DNA from: an uncultured bacterium | GTDB taxonomy: Bacteria > Actinomycetota > Acidimicrobiia > Spongiisociales > UBA4744 | Assembly (NCBI GenBank): GCA_963827865.1 | Contig: CAWHCO010000006.1 | Coordinates: forward strand, 196,579 to 260,578 | Direction of reading: 5' to 3' | DNA length: 64,000 bases | Shown: positions 33,292 through 42,389 of the stretch, one piece after another | Layout: every line of letters starts with the position of its first letter | Position numbering within the stretch: position 1 is the stretch's first letter | Made by a program: the position numbers and the translations under genes | Notes under the pieces: model-generated | Told to the model about the DNA's origin: nothing | The model's input: only the letters and a program-made list of their open reading frames with translations | Database searches by the model: none

Positions 33292-33379
33292 GTTGGTGGG
33301 AACGGCCCCCTCCTCCGGCGTCGAGCGTCAGCTCGACGCCACCTCCCTCAACGTCGCTGCGCTCGTGGGGGAGGGAAAC
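33292..33379. repeat. Q-type module (reverse orientation)
   Basis: GTTGGTGGGAACGGCCCCCTCCTCCGGCGTCGAGCGTCAGCTCGACGCCACCTCCCTCAACGTCGCTGCGCTCGTGGGGGAGGGAAAC. Confidence 0.8.
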
Positions 33380-33402
33380 GTGTCCTACCGATAACCGACA
33401 AC

Positions 33403-33431
33403 GAGTGCCGCTCGCTTGGCGAGCAGCACTC
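33403..33431 (-). terminator. hairpin immediately downstream of korB
   Basis: GAGTGCCGCTCGC-TTG-GCGAGCAGCACTC forms a 13-bp stem with one mismatch, 5 nt after the korB stop. Confidence 0.5.
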
Positions 33432-33435
33432 AGTC

Positions 33436-34446
33436 CTACTCGACCGTCCAGGTTCCCTGTGACCGCACCAGAGTCTCGATGTCGCCGACACCCTTCTTCT
33501 TCTGGACGGTGTCGATCTGCTCTTGGAGCACGGTTTCGTACACCGTGCGCTCCGCATTGCGGAACACGCCGACCGGTGTCGGTCCGTGAGGGCCGTGCGA
33601 CAGCCTGCTCAGCGAGAACGCAACGCTCGGGTTCACCGCGAACTCGTCATGCACGATGATTTGCGACGGATCCACCGACGCCGTCGGCACCACCTTCGCT
33701 GCCCCGTTCTCCATGATCACCGCGTTCTCACCCTCAGGGCCGAACACGATCGGTTCGCCGTGAACGAGGTTGATGCGGTTCTGGTCCCGAGTGTCCTTGC
33801 CGGTCAACTCCAGGAACGCGTGGTTGTTGAACACGTTGCAGTTCTGGTAGATCTCGATGAATGACGCCCCACGATGCTCGTAGGCCTCGCGGAGGACCCG
33901 TTCGGTCAGCTCCCGGTCCATGTCGATCGACCGTGCCACGTAGGACGCCTCGGCGCCCAGCGCCAGGCTCACCGGGTTGAACGGGTGATCGATCGAACCC
34001 CACGGGCTCGACTTGGTGATCTTGCCCTCTTCGCTCGTCGGCGAGTACTGGCCCTTCGTGAGACCGTAGATCTGGTTGTTGAACACCACCACGTTGATGT
34101 TCACGTTGCGGCGCATCGCATGGATGATGTGGTTGCCGCCGATGGACAGGGCGTCGCCGTCACCGGTCATGACCCACACCGACAGGTCGGGCCGGGTGAT
34201 CGCAATACCCGTCGCGATCGCCGGGGCACGCCCATGGATGCCGTGCATCCCGTACGTGTCCATGTAGTAGGGGAACCGGGATGAGCACCCGATGCCCGAC
34301 ACGATCACGAACTTCTCCCTCGGCAGCCCTATCTCGGCGAAGAGGTTCTGCACGGAGGCGAGAATCGTGAAGTCACCGCACCCCGGGCACCACTTCACCT
34401 CTTGGTCGGATTGGAAGTCCTTGCGCGTGTAGGTGAGTGTGGTCAT
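33436..34446 (-). CDS. korB: 2-oxoglutarate/2-oxoacid:ferredoxin oxidoreductase subunit beta
   Basis: ORF 33436..34446. WCPGCGDFTIL, GIGCSSRFPYYM, GIHGRAPAIATG, MTGDGDALSIGGNH (TPP-binding). Confidence 0.92.
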   Translation of the reverse strand: MTTLTYTRKDFQSDQEVKWCPGCGDFTILASVQNLFAEIGLPREKFVIVSGIGCSSRFPYYMDTYGMHGIHGRAPAIATGIAITRPDLSVWVMTGDGDALSIGGNHIIHAMRRNVNINVVVFNNQIYGLTKGQYSPTSEEGKITKSSPWGSIDHPFNPVSLALGAEASYVARSIDMDRELTERVLREAYEHRGASFIEIYQNCNVFNNHAFLELTGKDTRDQNRINLVHGEPIVFGPEGENAVIMENGAAKVVPTASVDPSQIIVHDEFAVNPSVAFSLSRLSHGPHGPTPVGVFRNAERTVYETVLQEQIDTVQKKKGVGDIETLVRSQGTWTVE

Positions 34447-36311
34447 GCCAGCACCTCCCGGATCTTTCGTTCAACGACCGAGACCTTGAACGGGAACCCG
34501 GTGACCTGGTTGAGACCGATCGCCGGCACCAGATACTCGGATCGCAGCAGGTGCCGCAGCTGCCCCGAGTTGACCTCCGGGACCAGGATCGTCTTGTACT
34601 TCATGAGGACTTCGCCGAAGTTCGCAGCGAACGGGTTGAGGTACCGCATGTGCGCCTGCGCGACCTTCAGTCCGTCCTTGCGGACCCGCTTCACGGCGCC
34701 CCTGATCGGCCCGTACGTAGAGCCCCATCCGAGGACCAGCAGGTCGGCATCCTTGTCACCGTAGACCTCCACTGGTGGGACGTCGTTGGCGATGTTGCGA
34801 ATCTTCCACGCCCTGACGTCGGTCATCAGCTGGTGGTTCGACGGGTCGTACGACACGTTGCCGACCACCGCCGACTTCTCGAGTCCACCGATGCGATGCT
34901 CGAGACCCGGCGTGCCGGGTAGAGCCCACGGGCGCGACAGCGTCTCGTCGTCACGCAAGTACGGCAGGTAGTGGCCGTCGGCGTTCGGTTCCGTCGTGAA
35001 TGGCACGCTGATGTCCTGCAGCTTCTCAATGTCGGAGAGGCGCCACGGTTCGGAACCGTTGGCGATGTAGTTGTCCGACAGCAGGATCACCGGTGTCATG
35101 TACTTGAGGGCGATCCGGGCAGCCTCGATCGCCACCGCGTAGGCATCGGCAGGGGACCGTGCCGCGAGTACCGGCAGCGGCGCCTCGCCGTGACGGCCGT
35201 AGATCGCGAACAGCAGGTCGGTCTGCTCCACCTTGGTCGGCAAACCCGTGGACGGACCCGCACGCTGAACGTCGACGATGATCATCGGCAGCTCGGTGCT
35301 GACAGCGAGCGAGATCGTCTCACTCTTCAACGCCAGTCCGGGACCGCTCGTACCGGTCACCGCCAGGTTGCCGGCGAACGCGGCGCCTAGTGTCGCTCCG
35401 GCGGCTGCGATCTCGTCCTCTGCCTGGAACGTCATCACACCGAACTCACGGCGCTTCGCCAGCTCGTGCAGGATGTCCGACGCCGGCGTGATCGGGTAGG
35501 ACCCGTAAAAGAGCTTCAACTTGGCTGCCTGGGCGGCGGCGATGAGCCCCCATGCCAGCGCTGTGTTGCCGGTCACGTTCGTGTACTCGCCCGGCTCCAA
35601 CGCCGCCTTGTGCACGACGATCGTGTGCTTGAACGCGGCGGTGTTCTCGCCGTAGTTGTACCCACCCTTGAGTGACGCGATGTTGGCGGCCATCACGTCC
35701 GGCTTCGACGCGAACTTCTCTTCGAGCCACTCGATCGTCGGGTCGATGGACCTCGTGAACACCCAGGCGAGCAAACCCAGCGCGAACAGGTTCTTGGAGC
35801 GCAGGACGTCCCGTCCACTGACCCCGGTGCCCTCGGCGGCGTCCTTCGTGAGACGCTCCATCGGGACGGCGAACACACGGAACCCGTCGAGCGAACCGTC
35901 CTCGAGGGGGTTCGTCTCATAGCCCGCCTTCTTCAGGTTGCGGGATTCGAAGGCGTCGGCGTTGGCGACGATCATGCCGCCCGGCTTCACGTCCTTGGCG
36001 TGTGCCTTGAGCGCCGCAGGGTTCATTGCGACCAGGACGTCGGCTTCGTCACCCGGTGTGAGGATGTCGAAGTCGGCGATCTGGACCTGGAACGAGGAGA
36101 CGCCCGCGACGGTGCCGGCAGGGGCACGGATCTCGGCCGGGTAGTTCGGGAAGGTCGCGAGGTCGTTGCCGAACAAGGCGGCGTCGCTGGTGAACCGGGT
36201 CCCGGCGAGCTGCATGCCGTCACCGGAGTCTCCCGCGAACCGGACGATGACCTTGTCGAGTTCTTCGGTCTCGTGGTCGATGGGTTTGAGTGTTTTTGTG
36301 TCGTTTGACAC
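34443..36311 (-). CDS. korA: 2-oxoglutarate/2-oxoacid:ferredoxin oxidoreductase subunit alpha
   Basis: In frame with ORF 34443..36983. GTG 36311 (AAGGA upstream) gives VSNDTKTLKPIDHETEELDKVIVRFAGDSGDGMQLAGTRFT. The 224 codons upstream in the ORF track are Arg/Pro-rich nonsense. The stop overlaps the korB start. Confidence 0.9.
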   Translation of the reverse strand: MSNDTKTLKPIDHETEELDKVIVRFAGDSGDGMQLAGTRFTSDAALFGNDLATFPNYPAEIRAPAGTVAGVSSFQVQIADFDILTPGDEADVLVAMNPAALKAHAKDVKPGGMIVANADAFESRNLKKAGYETNPLEDGSLDGFRVFAVPMERLTKDAAEGTGVSGRDVLRSKNLFALGLLAWVFTRSIDPTIEWLEEKFASKPDVMAANIASLKGGYNYGENTAAFKHTIVVHKAALEPGEYTNVTGNTALAWGLIAAAQAAKLKLFYGSYPITPASDILHELAKRREFGVMTFQAEDEIAAAGATLGAAFAGNLAVTGTSGPGLALKSETISLAVSTELPMIIVDVQRAGPSTGLPTKVEQTDLLFAIYGRHGEAPLPVLAARSPADAYAVAIEAARIALKYMTPVILLSDNYIANGSEPWRLSDIEKLQDISVPFTTEPNADGHYLPYLRDDETLSRPWALPGTPGLEHRIGGLEKSAVVGNVSYDPSNHQLMTDVRAWKIRNIANDVPPVEVYGDKDADLLVLGWGSTYGPIRGAVKRVRKDGLKVAQAHMRYLNPFAANFGEVLMKYKTILVPEVNSGQLRHLLRSEYLVPAIGLNQVTGFPFKVSVVERKIREVLA

Positions 36312-36394
36312 GGTGATCCTTTCGCGCGTCGAGCGCCTGGGCGCCCAAGGCACAAGTCTACCGATGTTGTGACACTGGCCAAGCAAAGGCCGGC

Positions 36395-37750
36395 TCAGCC
36401 CCCCGGGGGGTGCGGGGTCTCGAAGAGTCCGATTCCTTCGAGTGTTTCGCCGAGTGCGAGCAGCCGCCGCTCCGACCACCAGGGACCGATGAGCTGCAGC
36501 GACGGGGGGGGTGCGCCGGGTGCCCGCAGCGGCGCGGTCAGCGCCGGCGTACCGAGATGGTTGACGAGCGACGAGAACCACGACAGCACCGTGACATAGT
36601 GAACCCCGCCGATGGTCGATTCGCCTATGCGTTTTCGGGTCGCCGGGGCCGTTGGTGTGACGATGACGTCGACGTCGTGGAACAGCGCGGCCGCCTGGTT
36701 GCGGAAGTGCGCGGTCCATCGCTGTGCGTCGAGGTACTGGTCGAGGGTCACGGCGAAGGCAGCGGCGAGGCGCTCCTCCACCTCCGGACCGTACCGCTCG
36801 TGACCGAACCACCGGCGGTGGACTTGCGCAGCCTGCGCGCTCACGGCATCCGAGATGTGCGGGCTCGGAGCCAGCCAGGGGACGTTCAGGTCGGTCACGC
36901 GAGCGCCCGCGTCCGAAAGGGTCGCGAGGGCATTGTCGAACGCCGCAGCGACCCGCGGTTCGATCGGAGCGTTGTCGAGCCACGGGTGAGGAATCCCGAC
37001 CCGCAATCCGTGCAATGACTCGTCGACGGGACCGTCAACATCTCGTAGCGCCGACCACGGGTCGGCAGGGTCATAGCCGGCGATCTGCCTGTAGACGAGG
37101 GCGGCGTCGCCGACCGATCTGGCCAGTGGGCCGACCGTGTCGTGTGACCCGGCGAGCGGGAACACGCCGGTGAGCGGGACACGGCCGTGGGTCACTTTGA
37201 GCCCGACGACTGCGCACATCGCCGCGGGAACCCTGACGGACCCTCCGGTGTCGGTGCCGATCCCAACCGGGGTGAGGCTCGCCGCGACCGCAACGGCGGA
37301 ACCTCCCGACGACCCTCCCGGCGACGTGTCCAGGTCCCAGGGGTTGCGAACCGGACCGAACCAGTGATTCTCGCTGGAGAACCCATAGGCGAACTCGTGA
37401 AGGCCGGTTCGCCCGACGATCACCGCGCCGGCCGCTTCGAGACGGTCCACGATGGTCGCCGAACGGGCGGGGATCTCGCGGTAGAAGCCGGAACCGCACG
37501 TGGTGGGCAGCCCCTCCTGATCGATGAGATCCTTGAGCGCGACCGGCACGCCGGCGAGGGGACCCGGGTCGACCCCTTTGGCGACCTCGGCGTCGATCAC
37601 CGCAGCTCGTTCGAGGGCCCCGCCGCGATCGATGAGCGTGTAGGCGTTGTGCGGTGAGGCCTCGCTGCGATCGAGTGCCTCCGAGACGGCGTCCACCGCG
37701 CTGCGCTCGCCGCTTCGAACCTGTTGAGCGATAGTCCCCGCCGTCACCAT
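36395..37750 (-). CDS. amidase-signature family enzyme
   Basis: In frame with ORF 36395..38095. ATG 37750 gives MVTAGTIAQQVRSGERS. Also seen: GVPVALKDLID and DTSPGGSSGGSAVAVAA (Ser-cisSer-Lys signature region). Confidence 0.9.
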   Translation of the reverse strand: MVTAGTIAQQVRSGERSAVDAVSEALDRSEASPHNAYTLIDRGGALERAAVIDAEVAKGVDPGPLAGVPVALKDLIDQEGLPTTCGSGFYREIPARSATIVDRLEAAGAVIVGRTGLHEFAYGFSSENHWFGPVRNPWDLDTSPGGSSGGSAVAVAASLTPVGIGTDTGGSVRVPAAMCAVVGLKVTHGRVPLTGVFPLAGSHDTVGPLARSVGDAALVYRQIAGYDPADPWSALRDVDGPVDESLHGLRVGIPHPWLDNAPIEPRVAAAFDNALATLSDAGARVTDLNVPWLAPSPHISDAVSAQAAQVHRRWFGHERYGPEVEERLAAAFAVTLDQYLDAQRWTAHFRNQAAALFHDVDVIVTPTAPATRKRIGESTIGGVHYVTVLSWFSSLVNHLGTPALTAPLRAPGAPPPSLQLIGPWWSERRLLALGETLEGIGLFETPHPPGG

Positions 37751-38778
37751 TCGATGTCGAGGGTGTCGGGGAAGATCGAGATCCACGGGATCCCTGGGGG
37801 AACGGTGAGAACGGACCCGTCCGGGCGTGCCAACTGGAACGTCTCGTCGATCGAATCGCGCGACCAGGTGCCTTCCTCGTACTCGCCGCCGTGGAACACC
37901 ACGACCTTGCCCGACCCGACCGTTTCCATGGCGGGCACGGCGGTGCCGGTCGACGGGGGGTGAGCGGTGTAGCGGTGCGCGAAGATCACGACGAGTGTGT
38001 CGGCGGAGATCTGGCCGGTGGTGCCGTCCTCGGCGACCCATTCGTGCGGTTTGCCGTCGGAGGTGCGGGTGTAGCGCTCGCCGTCCCACGTCCACACCGT
38101 CCGGGGCGACCAGTAGAGGGTGATCTTGTCAGAGGTGCCGTCAGGCTGGAGCGGGCCCCACTCGAACAGGTTCGGCGGCGGGTCGTCGGGGTACCCACGG
38201 TCGTCGGCGACCTGGCGGAGAGCGGTCGTGTCCCCGTACAGGTTGTGGGGCGCGGCTCGGGACGAGATGCGGAACATGCCGGGGCGAGAGTCGACGATCA
38301 TCGGGACGTCGTCCTTGCGGATGATGTCGAGCACCCACGATTGGGCGCCGCTGATCGCGAACGTCCCCCCGAGCGGCTTGACGAGTGTCGGGTCGGTTGG
38401 ACGGCCCGACCGAACGGGACCGAGATACGTCGAGTCGTTGACGTTGAAGAGAGCCATGAACCGGGTGATCCCTTCGACGGGGAGTTCGATGACGGCGTCC
38501 GCCTCCTGGATGCCCGACTCGGGTCGAGCGGCAGGGTGATTGTCGATCTTCACGGCGAGGACCCGCCGGTCGATGGTCGTCGGGTCGGTGACGGGCAGAC
38601 CGTTGAGTGGGGCGAGGACCACCGGTTCGGTTGTCGTCGTTGTCGGCTGGGTGGTGGTCGTCGTGGTGACGGTCGAGGTCGTGGCGGGCTGGGTCGTTGT
38701 CGTTGTGGTCGGCTCCGCCTTGCCAGAGCAGGCGGCCAGCAGGGCACACAAAGCACCGACGATGAGGAGGTGGCGCAT
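37744..38778 (-). CDS. DUF3048-domain lipoprotein
   Basis: ORF 37744..38778. Lipobox ALLAACSG, a poly-Thr linker, then PLNGLPVTD..RRVLAVKIDNHPAARPESGIQEADAVIELPVEGITRFMALF. Overlaps the amidase start by 7 nt. Confidence 0.8.
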   Translation of the reverse strand: MRHLLIVGALCALLAACSGKAEPTTTTTTQPATTSTVTTTTTTQPTTTTTEPVVLAPLNGLPVTDPTTIDRRVLAVKIDNHPAARPESGIQEADAVIELPVEGITRFMALFNVNDSTYLGPVRSGRPTDPTLVKPLGGTFAISGAQSWVLDIIRKDDVPMIVDSRPGMFRISSRAAPHNLYGDTTALRQVADDRGYPDDPPPNLFEWGPLQPDGTSDKITLYWSPRTVWTWDGERYTRTSDGKPHEWVAEDGTTGQISADTLVVIFAHRYTAHPPSTGTAVPAMETVGSGKVVVFHGGEYEEGTWSRDSIDETFQLARPDGSVLTVPPGIPWISIFPDTLDIEW

Positions 38779-38813
38779 GAGGGCCGCGAGTGTAGTGACG
38801 GCACTCGCTAGTG

Positions 38814-39520
38814 AGGCTCGCTGCGCGAGCAGTCTTCAGTCTCCAATCGTGAGCCAACAGCCAGCAGCTCACAGTCGACAGCCAGAACGCGACCTTGATC
38901 ACCATGAGAGCACAGGCGTTGTGTTTCCTCCCCTCGCGAGCGCAGCGAGTGTTGGGGGAGGTGGACTCGACGCAGCCGAGGACGGAGGGGGCGGTGCCCA
39001 CCAACGTTGCTGGCTTACGGTCCCCTACCCCAGCGGCTTCGCCACTGCGGTACTTTCCCCCCAACGCTCGACCCTGCGGCCTCGCTGGGGGGACCAACGG
39101 GCTCGCCTGCGCGAGTGGTCTTCAGTCTTCAATCGTGAGCCAACAGCCAACAGCTCACAGTCGACAGCCAGAACGCGCTCTGGGTCGGCTCGAGACCGCG
39201 GGGCCTCTGTTTCCTCCCCTCGCGAGCGAAGCGAGTGTTGGGGGAGGTGGCCGAGGCGAAGCCGAGGACGGAGGGGGTCGTTCTCAGCAACGTTGCTGGC
39301 TTACGGCCCCCCTACCCCAGCGGCTTTGCCGCTGCGGTACTTTCCCCCCAACGCTCGGCCCTGCGGCCTCGCTGGGGGGACCAACAAACCCGACGCTCAA
39401 GTCATCAGTCGTGAGCCAACAGCCAACAGCTCACAGTCGACAGCCAGAACGCGCTCTGGGTCGGCTCGAGACCGCAGGGCGACCTTCTTACCGAGAACTG
39501 AGAACTGAGAACCGAGAGCT
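38814..39520. repeat. 2.5 tandem copies of a roughly 288-bp composite unit (heptad array + Q + reverse P), ending in a GAGAACT heptad array
   Basis: Unit A 38814-39097, unit B 39099-39385, partial unit C about 39411-39478. Each unit has three parts. First, GGCTCGC.TGCGCGAG..GTCTTCAGTCT.CAATCGTGAGCCAACAGCC..CAGCTCACAGTCGACAGCCAGAACGCG. Second, Q forward (38923-39005 and 39209-39290). Third, reverse P (39006-39097 and 39291-39385). GAGAACT x3-4 follows at 39493-39520. Confidence 0.85.
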
Positions 39521-39536
39521 GCGGGCGGAGCTTCTC

Positions 39537-40565
39537 CTACAGCAGTGGCATCACCTCGGTGGCTATGCGCTCGAGCACCTCGATCTGACGGCCGTGGCTC
39601 ATGGCCGGGAACACCGATCGAGCGACGAACCGGATCGGCGCGCCGATCCTGTTCTGCAGGTCTTGGAGGCGACCCGCGATGAGTTCCCCCGGTCCGACGA
39701 GCGCTGTGGCGCGAAGCTGCGCCTCGGTTGCCGGGTCCAACGGTGGTGGAGCCGGGATCGGGCCGCTCCGAGTCGCAGAAGAGGCCATGTCCTGGTACTT
39801 CCAGCGCATCAGGTGGACATGGTCTCGAATCTCGGCCCAACCCTGTTCGACGTCGTCGCTCGGGTAGATGACGTCGTAGTGGGCCCAGGTGAACGCGTCG
39901 GGGTCGCGACCGTGGGCCTCCATCTCGGCGCGGGCGATGCGAACCTGTGTCTCGAACCGGTCGGCCGGTGCATTCGAGAAGATCCCGTCGGCGAGTCGTG
40001 CGGCACGCTTGATGGCGGCGTCTGCGCCGCCTCCGATCCAGATGGGGATGGGGTGGGTGGGTGTTGGACGGACCGCGACCTCAGGCAAGTCGTAGACGCG
40101 GCCCTGGTGGCGAAACGGCTCGCCGGACCACGCCTTGGGGAGGATGTCGAGGATCTCGTCCATGGCTCTGCCTCTGGTATGCAGATCGGCACCGAGCCCG
40201 GAGAACTCCACGGGCGACCAGCCGAGACCGAGGCCAAGGGTGAGTCGACCCCCTGCGATCAGATCCACGACGGCGGCGTCCTCCGCGAGACGGAGCGGAT
40301 GGTGGAGCGGGGCGAGGATCACACCGGTACCGACTCCGATGGTCGACGTTCGAGCCGCCATCGCCGCCGCCAGCGGCAGCAGCGAGGGCGCGTACCCGTC
40401 GTCGACGAAGTGGTGTTCGGTGGTCCAGATCGACGAGTACCCGAAGCGTTCGGCTTCCGCGGCGAGCTGGAGCGACTCACGGTAGAGGTCCTCCCAAGTG
40501 CGACCGTCGCCAGGGGCGCGCTGACAAGAAACCAGACCAATGCCGAGATCACTCACCGCAACCAA
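39537..40565 (-). CDS. LLM-class (luciferase-like) flavin/F420-dependent oxidoreductase
   Basis: ORF 39537..40565. [56 protein letters not shown]. Confidence 0.8.
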   Translation of the reverse strand: MVAVSDLGIGLVSCQRAPGDGRTWEDLYRESLQLAAEAERFGYSSIWTTEHHFVDDGYAPSLLPLAAAMAARTSTIGVGTGVILAPLHHPLRLAEDAAVVDLIAGGRLTLGLGLGWSPVEFSGLGADLHTRGRAMDEILDILPKAWSGEPFRHQGRVYDLPEVAVRPTPTHPIPIWIGGGADAAIKRAARLADGIFSNAPADRFETQVRIARAEMEAHGRDPDAFTWAHYDVIYPSDDVEQGWAEIRDHVHLMRWKYQDMASSATRSGPIPAPPPLDPATEAQLRATALVGPGELIAGRLQDLQNRIGAPIRFVARSVFPAMSHGRQIEVLERIATEVMPLL

Positions 40566-41307
40566 CTCCTCCTTGAATCGAGTTGACCGTACCGCCCGGC
40601 CCCTCGAGGAACCCCCACAAGGCGCCCGGGGCAGGAACCGTCACGCTGTAGTAGTCACCGAACTCGTCGGATGTGATGTCGACGGCGTCCCCGTACGCGT
40701 CGCGCAGGTCTTGGGCAGTCGACCCGAGACCGATCCCCTCGGCCGTCGTGAGCCCCCAGAAGTCGAAGTCGTAGAGCACGTAGCTGTAGAAGAACAAGTG
40801 CTTGATTCCGAAGGCGGCCCACGGTGTCGCCGCATCGGTGTACACGGTGGTCAGGTTGGACCACTCGACGACCCGGATCTCGGTTCCTGGGCAGGGTCCG
40901 TAGACCTGGTTGCCCTGATCGTCGGTTGGGGGCACCCACCCCGTGTCGGAGACGGGTTCGCCCAGGTATCCCACGAGTGTGGTGATCGCCGACTCGGGAT
41001 CGGTGCCGAACGGGATCCCGTCGATGTTCTCCGGTCCGAGAATCAGCACGTCCGACGGGGGAATCGTGGTCGTCGTGGGAGTCGTGGTGGTGGTTGTGGA
41101 GGAGGAGGTCGTTGTTGTCGTTTCTGTTGTCGTGGTGGAGGACGAGGAGGTCGTCGACGGCGCGGTCGTGGTGGTCGCACCGGCTGACGCAGTGGTGGTC
41201 GTCGTGTCGGAAGTCTGGTTCACGAGCGCCAAGAGGCCCACGGCGACAAACACGAGTGCCACAGCTCCGGCGAGGATGGCGAGGATGCGCCGCTGGACGT
41301 CGGTCAC
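40549..41307 (-). CDS. hypothetical membrane-anchored exported protein with Thr/Ser-rich linker
   Basis: ORF 40549..41307. An N-terminal TM ([21 protein letters not shown]), an S/T tract of about 60 aa, then a globular C-terminal domain ending in GGVGCGE. Overlaps both neighbouring genes. Confidence 0.6.
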   Translation of the reverse strand: MTDVQRRILAILAGAVALVFVAVGLLALVNQTSDTTTTTASAGATTTTAPSTTSSSSTTTTETTTTTSSSTTTTTTPTTTTIPPSDVLILGPENIDGIPFGTDPESAITTLVGYLGEPVSDTGWVPPTDDQGNQVYGPCPGTEIRVVEWSNLTTVYTDAATPWAAFGIKHLFFYSYVLYDFDFWGLTTAEGIGLGSTAQDLRDAYGDAVDITSDEFGDYYSVTVPAPGALWGFLEGPGGTVNSIQGGVGCGE

Positions 41308-41789
41308 GGGATCATCCTCGGATCGGGCCAGTACCGGGCGACGACGACTCGCCGCAGGTTCTCGATTGGCACGGGTCCGATCTGGCGGCTGTCACCAGCC
41401 GAGAGTGAGCGGGCGTCTCCCAGAACGATCGCCTCATTCGGATCGAGATCCCAGGAGGCGTCTGGACCGGTGGGGTCGGTCGTCCATGGTTCATCCAGCG
41501 GGGCACCGTCGGTGAGCACGCGACCGTCAGTGATCTCGACGTGTTCGCCAGGGAGCCCGATGACCCGCTTCACCATCCAGAAGTCCGGCCGGGACGGATG
41601 TTCGAACACGACGATGTCGCTCCGGGACGGCTCGCGTTCCCAGGTCAGAATCCGGTCACCCGGTCGTAGGACGGGGACCATCGACGCTTCGGAGATCTCG
41701 AAGCGGGCGAGCCCACGGTATGCGCGCCGCGCAGCAACACCGCCGGCAGCGGCGGCCACGAGCGTGGCGAAGGTGCGGGGCCATCTCAT
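41304..41789 (-). CDS. sodX: S26-family signal peptidase, NiSOD maturation protease type
   Basis: ORF 41304..41789. SEASMVPVL (catalytic Ser), MVKRVIGLPGE (Lys), GDARSLSAGDSRQIGPV. Divergent from sodN with a 54-nt gap. Confidence 0.8.
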   Translation of the reverse strand: MRWPRTFATLVAAAAGGVAARRAYRGLARFEISEASMVPVLRPGDRILTWEREPSRSDIVVFEHPSRPDFWMVKRVIGLPGEHVEITDGRVLTDGAPLDEPWTTDPTGPDASWDLDPNEAIVLGDARSLSAGDSRQIGPVPIENLRRVVVARYWPDPRMIP

Positions 41790-41843
41790 GTTCGTTCAGG
41801 ATGAGTGTATCGTCGGATGCGACCACCCTGTCAGGAGGCAACC

Positions 41844-42260
41844 ATGGATCTGTTCGGTCCCATCCGCACCGCGCACGCACACTGTGACTTGTTCTGTGGC
41901 GTCTACGACCCCGCACAAGCCAAGATCGAAGCGGCGTCCGTGCTCGAGATCACCACCAAATACCTCGCGTCAGAAGACCCCGTTTTCAAGGCTCGTGCGC
42001 TGTATCTGAGAGAGGAGCGCGCCGAGCTGGCCAAGCATCATCTCATGGTGCTGTGGGCCGACTTCTTCGCACCGGAGCACGCCGAGCAGTTCCCGCAGCT
42101 TCACGACCTGTTCTGGAGGGCCATCAAGCAGGCGGGCATTGCCAAGAAGACGGTCGATCCGGAGGACGGCCGCAAGCTGCTCGAGCTGATCGACGAGATC
42201 TCGGTCATCTTCTGGAAGACCGACAAGGCCAAGAAGATGGGTGTGTACCCGCCGGCCTGA
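41844..42260 (+). CDS. sodN: nickel-containing superoxide dismutase precursor
   Basis: In frame with ORF 41805..42260. ATG 41844 follows AGGAGG. A 12-aa leader MDLFGPIRTAHA precedes the Ni-hook HCDLFCGVYDPAQAKIEAASV. Also seen: REERAELAKHHLMVLW. Matches the Streptomyces NiSOD architecture as I recall it. Confidence 0.9.
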   Translation: MDLFGPIRTAHAHCDLFCGVYDPAQAKIEAASVLEITTKYLASEDPVFKARALYLREERAELAKHHLMVLWADFFAPEHAEQFPQLHDLFWRAIKQAGIAKKTVDPEDGRKLLELIDEISVIFWKTDKAKKMGVYPPA

Positions 42261-42280
42261 GCTGGTTCACTGTGAGAGAG

Positions 42281-42304
42281 GGGCGGTCCCGGAAGGGGCC
42301 GCTC
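42281..42304 (+). terminator. GC hairpin with GGAA tetraloop downstream of sodN
   Basis: GGGCGGTCCC-GGAA-GGGGCCGCTC, including one G-U pair, 21 nt after the sodN stop. Confidence 0.45.
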
Positions 42305-42324
42305 CGTTCGCGCCCGGGCCAGAT

Positions 42325-42379
42325 CCCGTTCTTGCGTGAGTTGGGGGCACACTGTCGACCGTTCTCACGCAAGAACGGG
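42325..42379. terminator. perfect 16-bp inverted repeat between convergent sodN and metG
   Basis: CCCGTTCTTGCGTGAG (42325-42340) pairs with CTCACGCAAGAACGGG (42364-42379) across a 23-nt loop. It ends 10 nt before the metG stop. Confidence 0.55.
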
Positions 42380-42389
42380 GGGAGGGGAG

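Noticed and set aside
36356-36383. Candidate korAB promoter (TTGGCC-16 nt-TAGACT on the minus strand)
   Set aside because: The hexamers and spacing are plausible, but such matches arise easily. With no transcription start data I did not list it as a feature.
38141-39508. ORFs of 318 aa (minus, 38141-39097) and 322 aa (plus, 38540-39508) spanning the large repeat array
   Set aside because: They consist of translated P/Q modules and heptad arrays. The same DNA occurs in both orientations and in different frames elsewhere, which is incompatible with a conserved protein.
38814-39520. The possibility that the repeats are IS elements or an autonomous transposon
   Set aside because: No transposase or integrase ORF lies in or near any cluster. 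The modules are 70-90 nt and lack a consistent pair of terminal inverted repeats. At most they are non-autonomous (REP/MITE-like).
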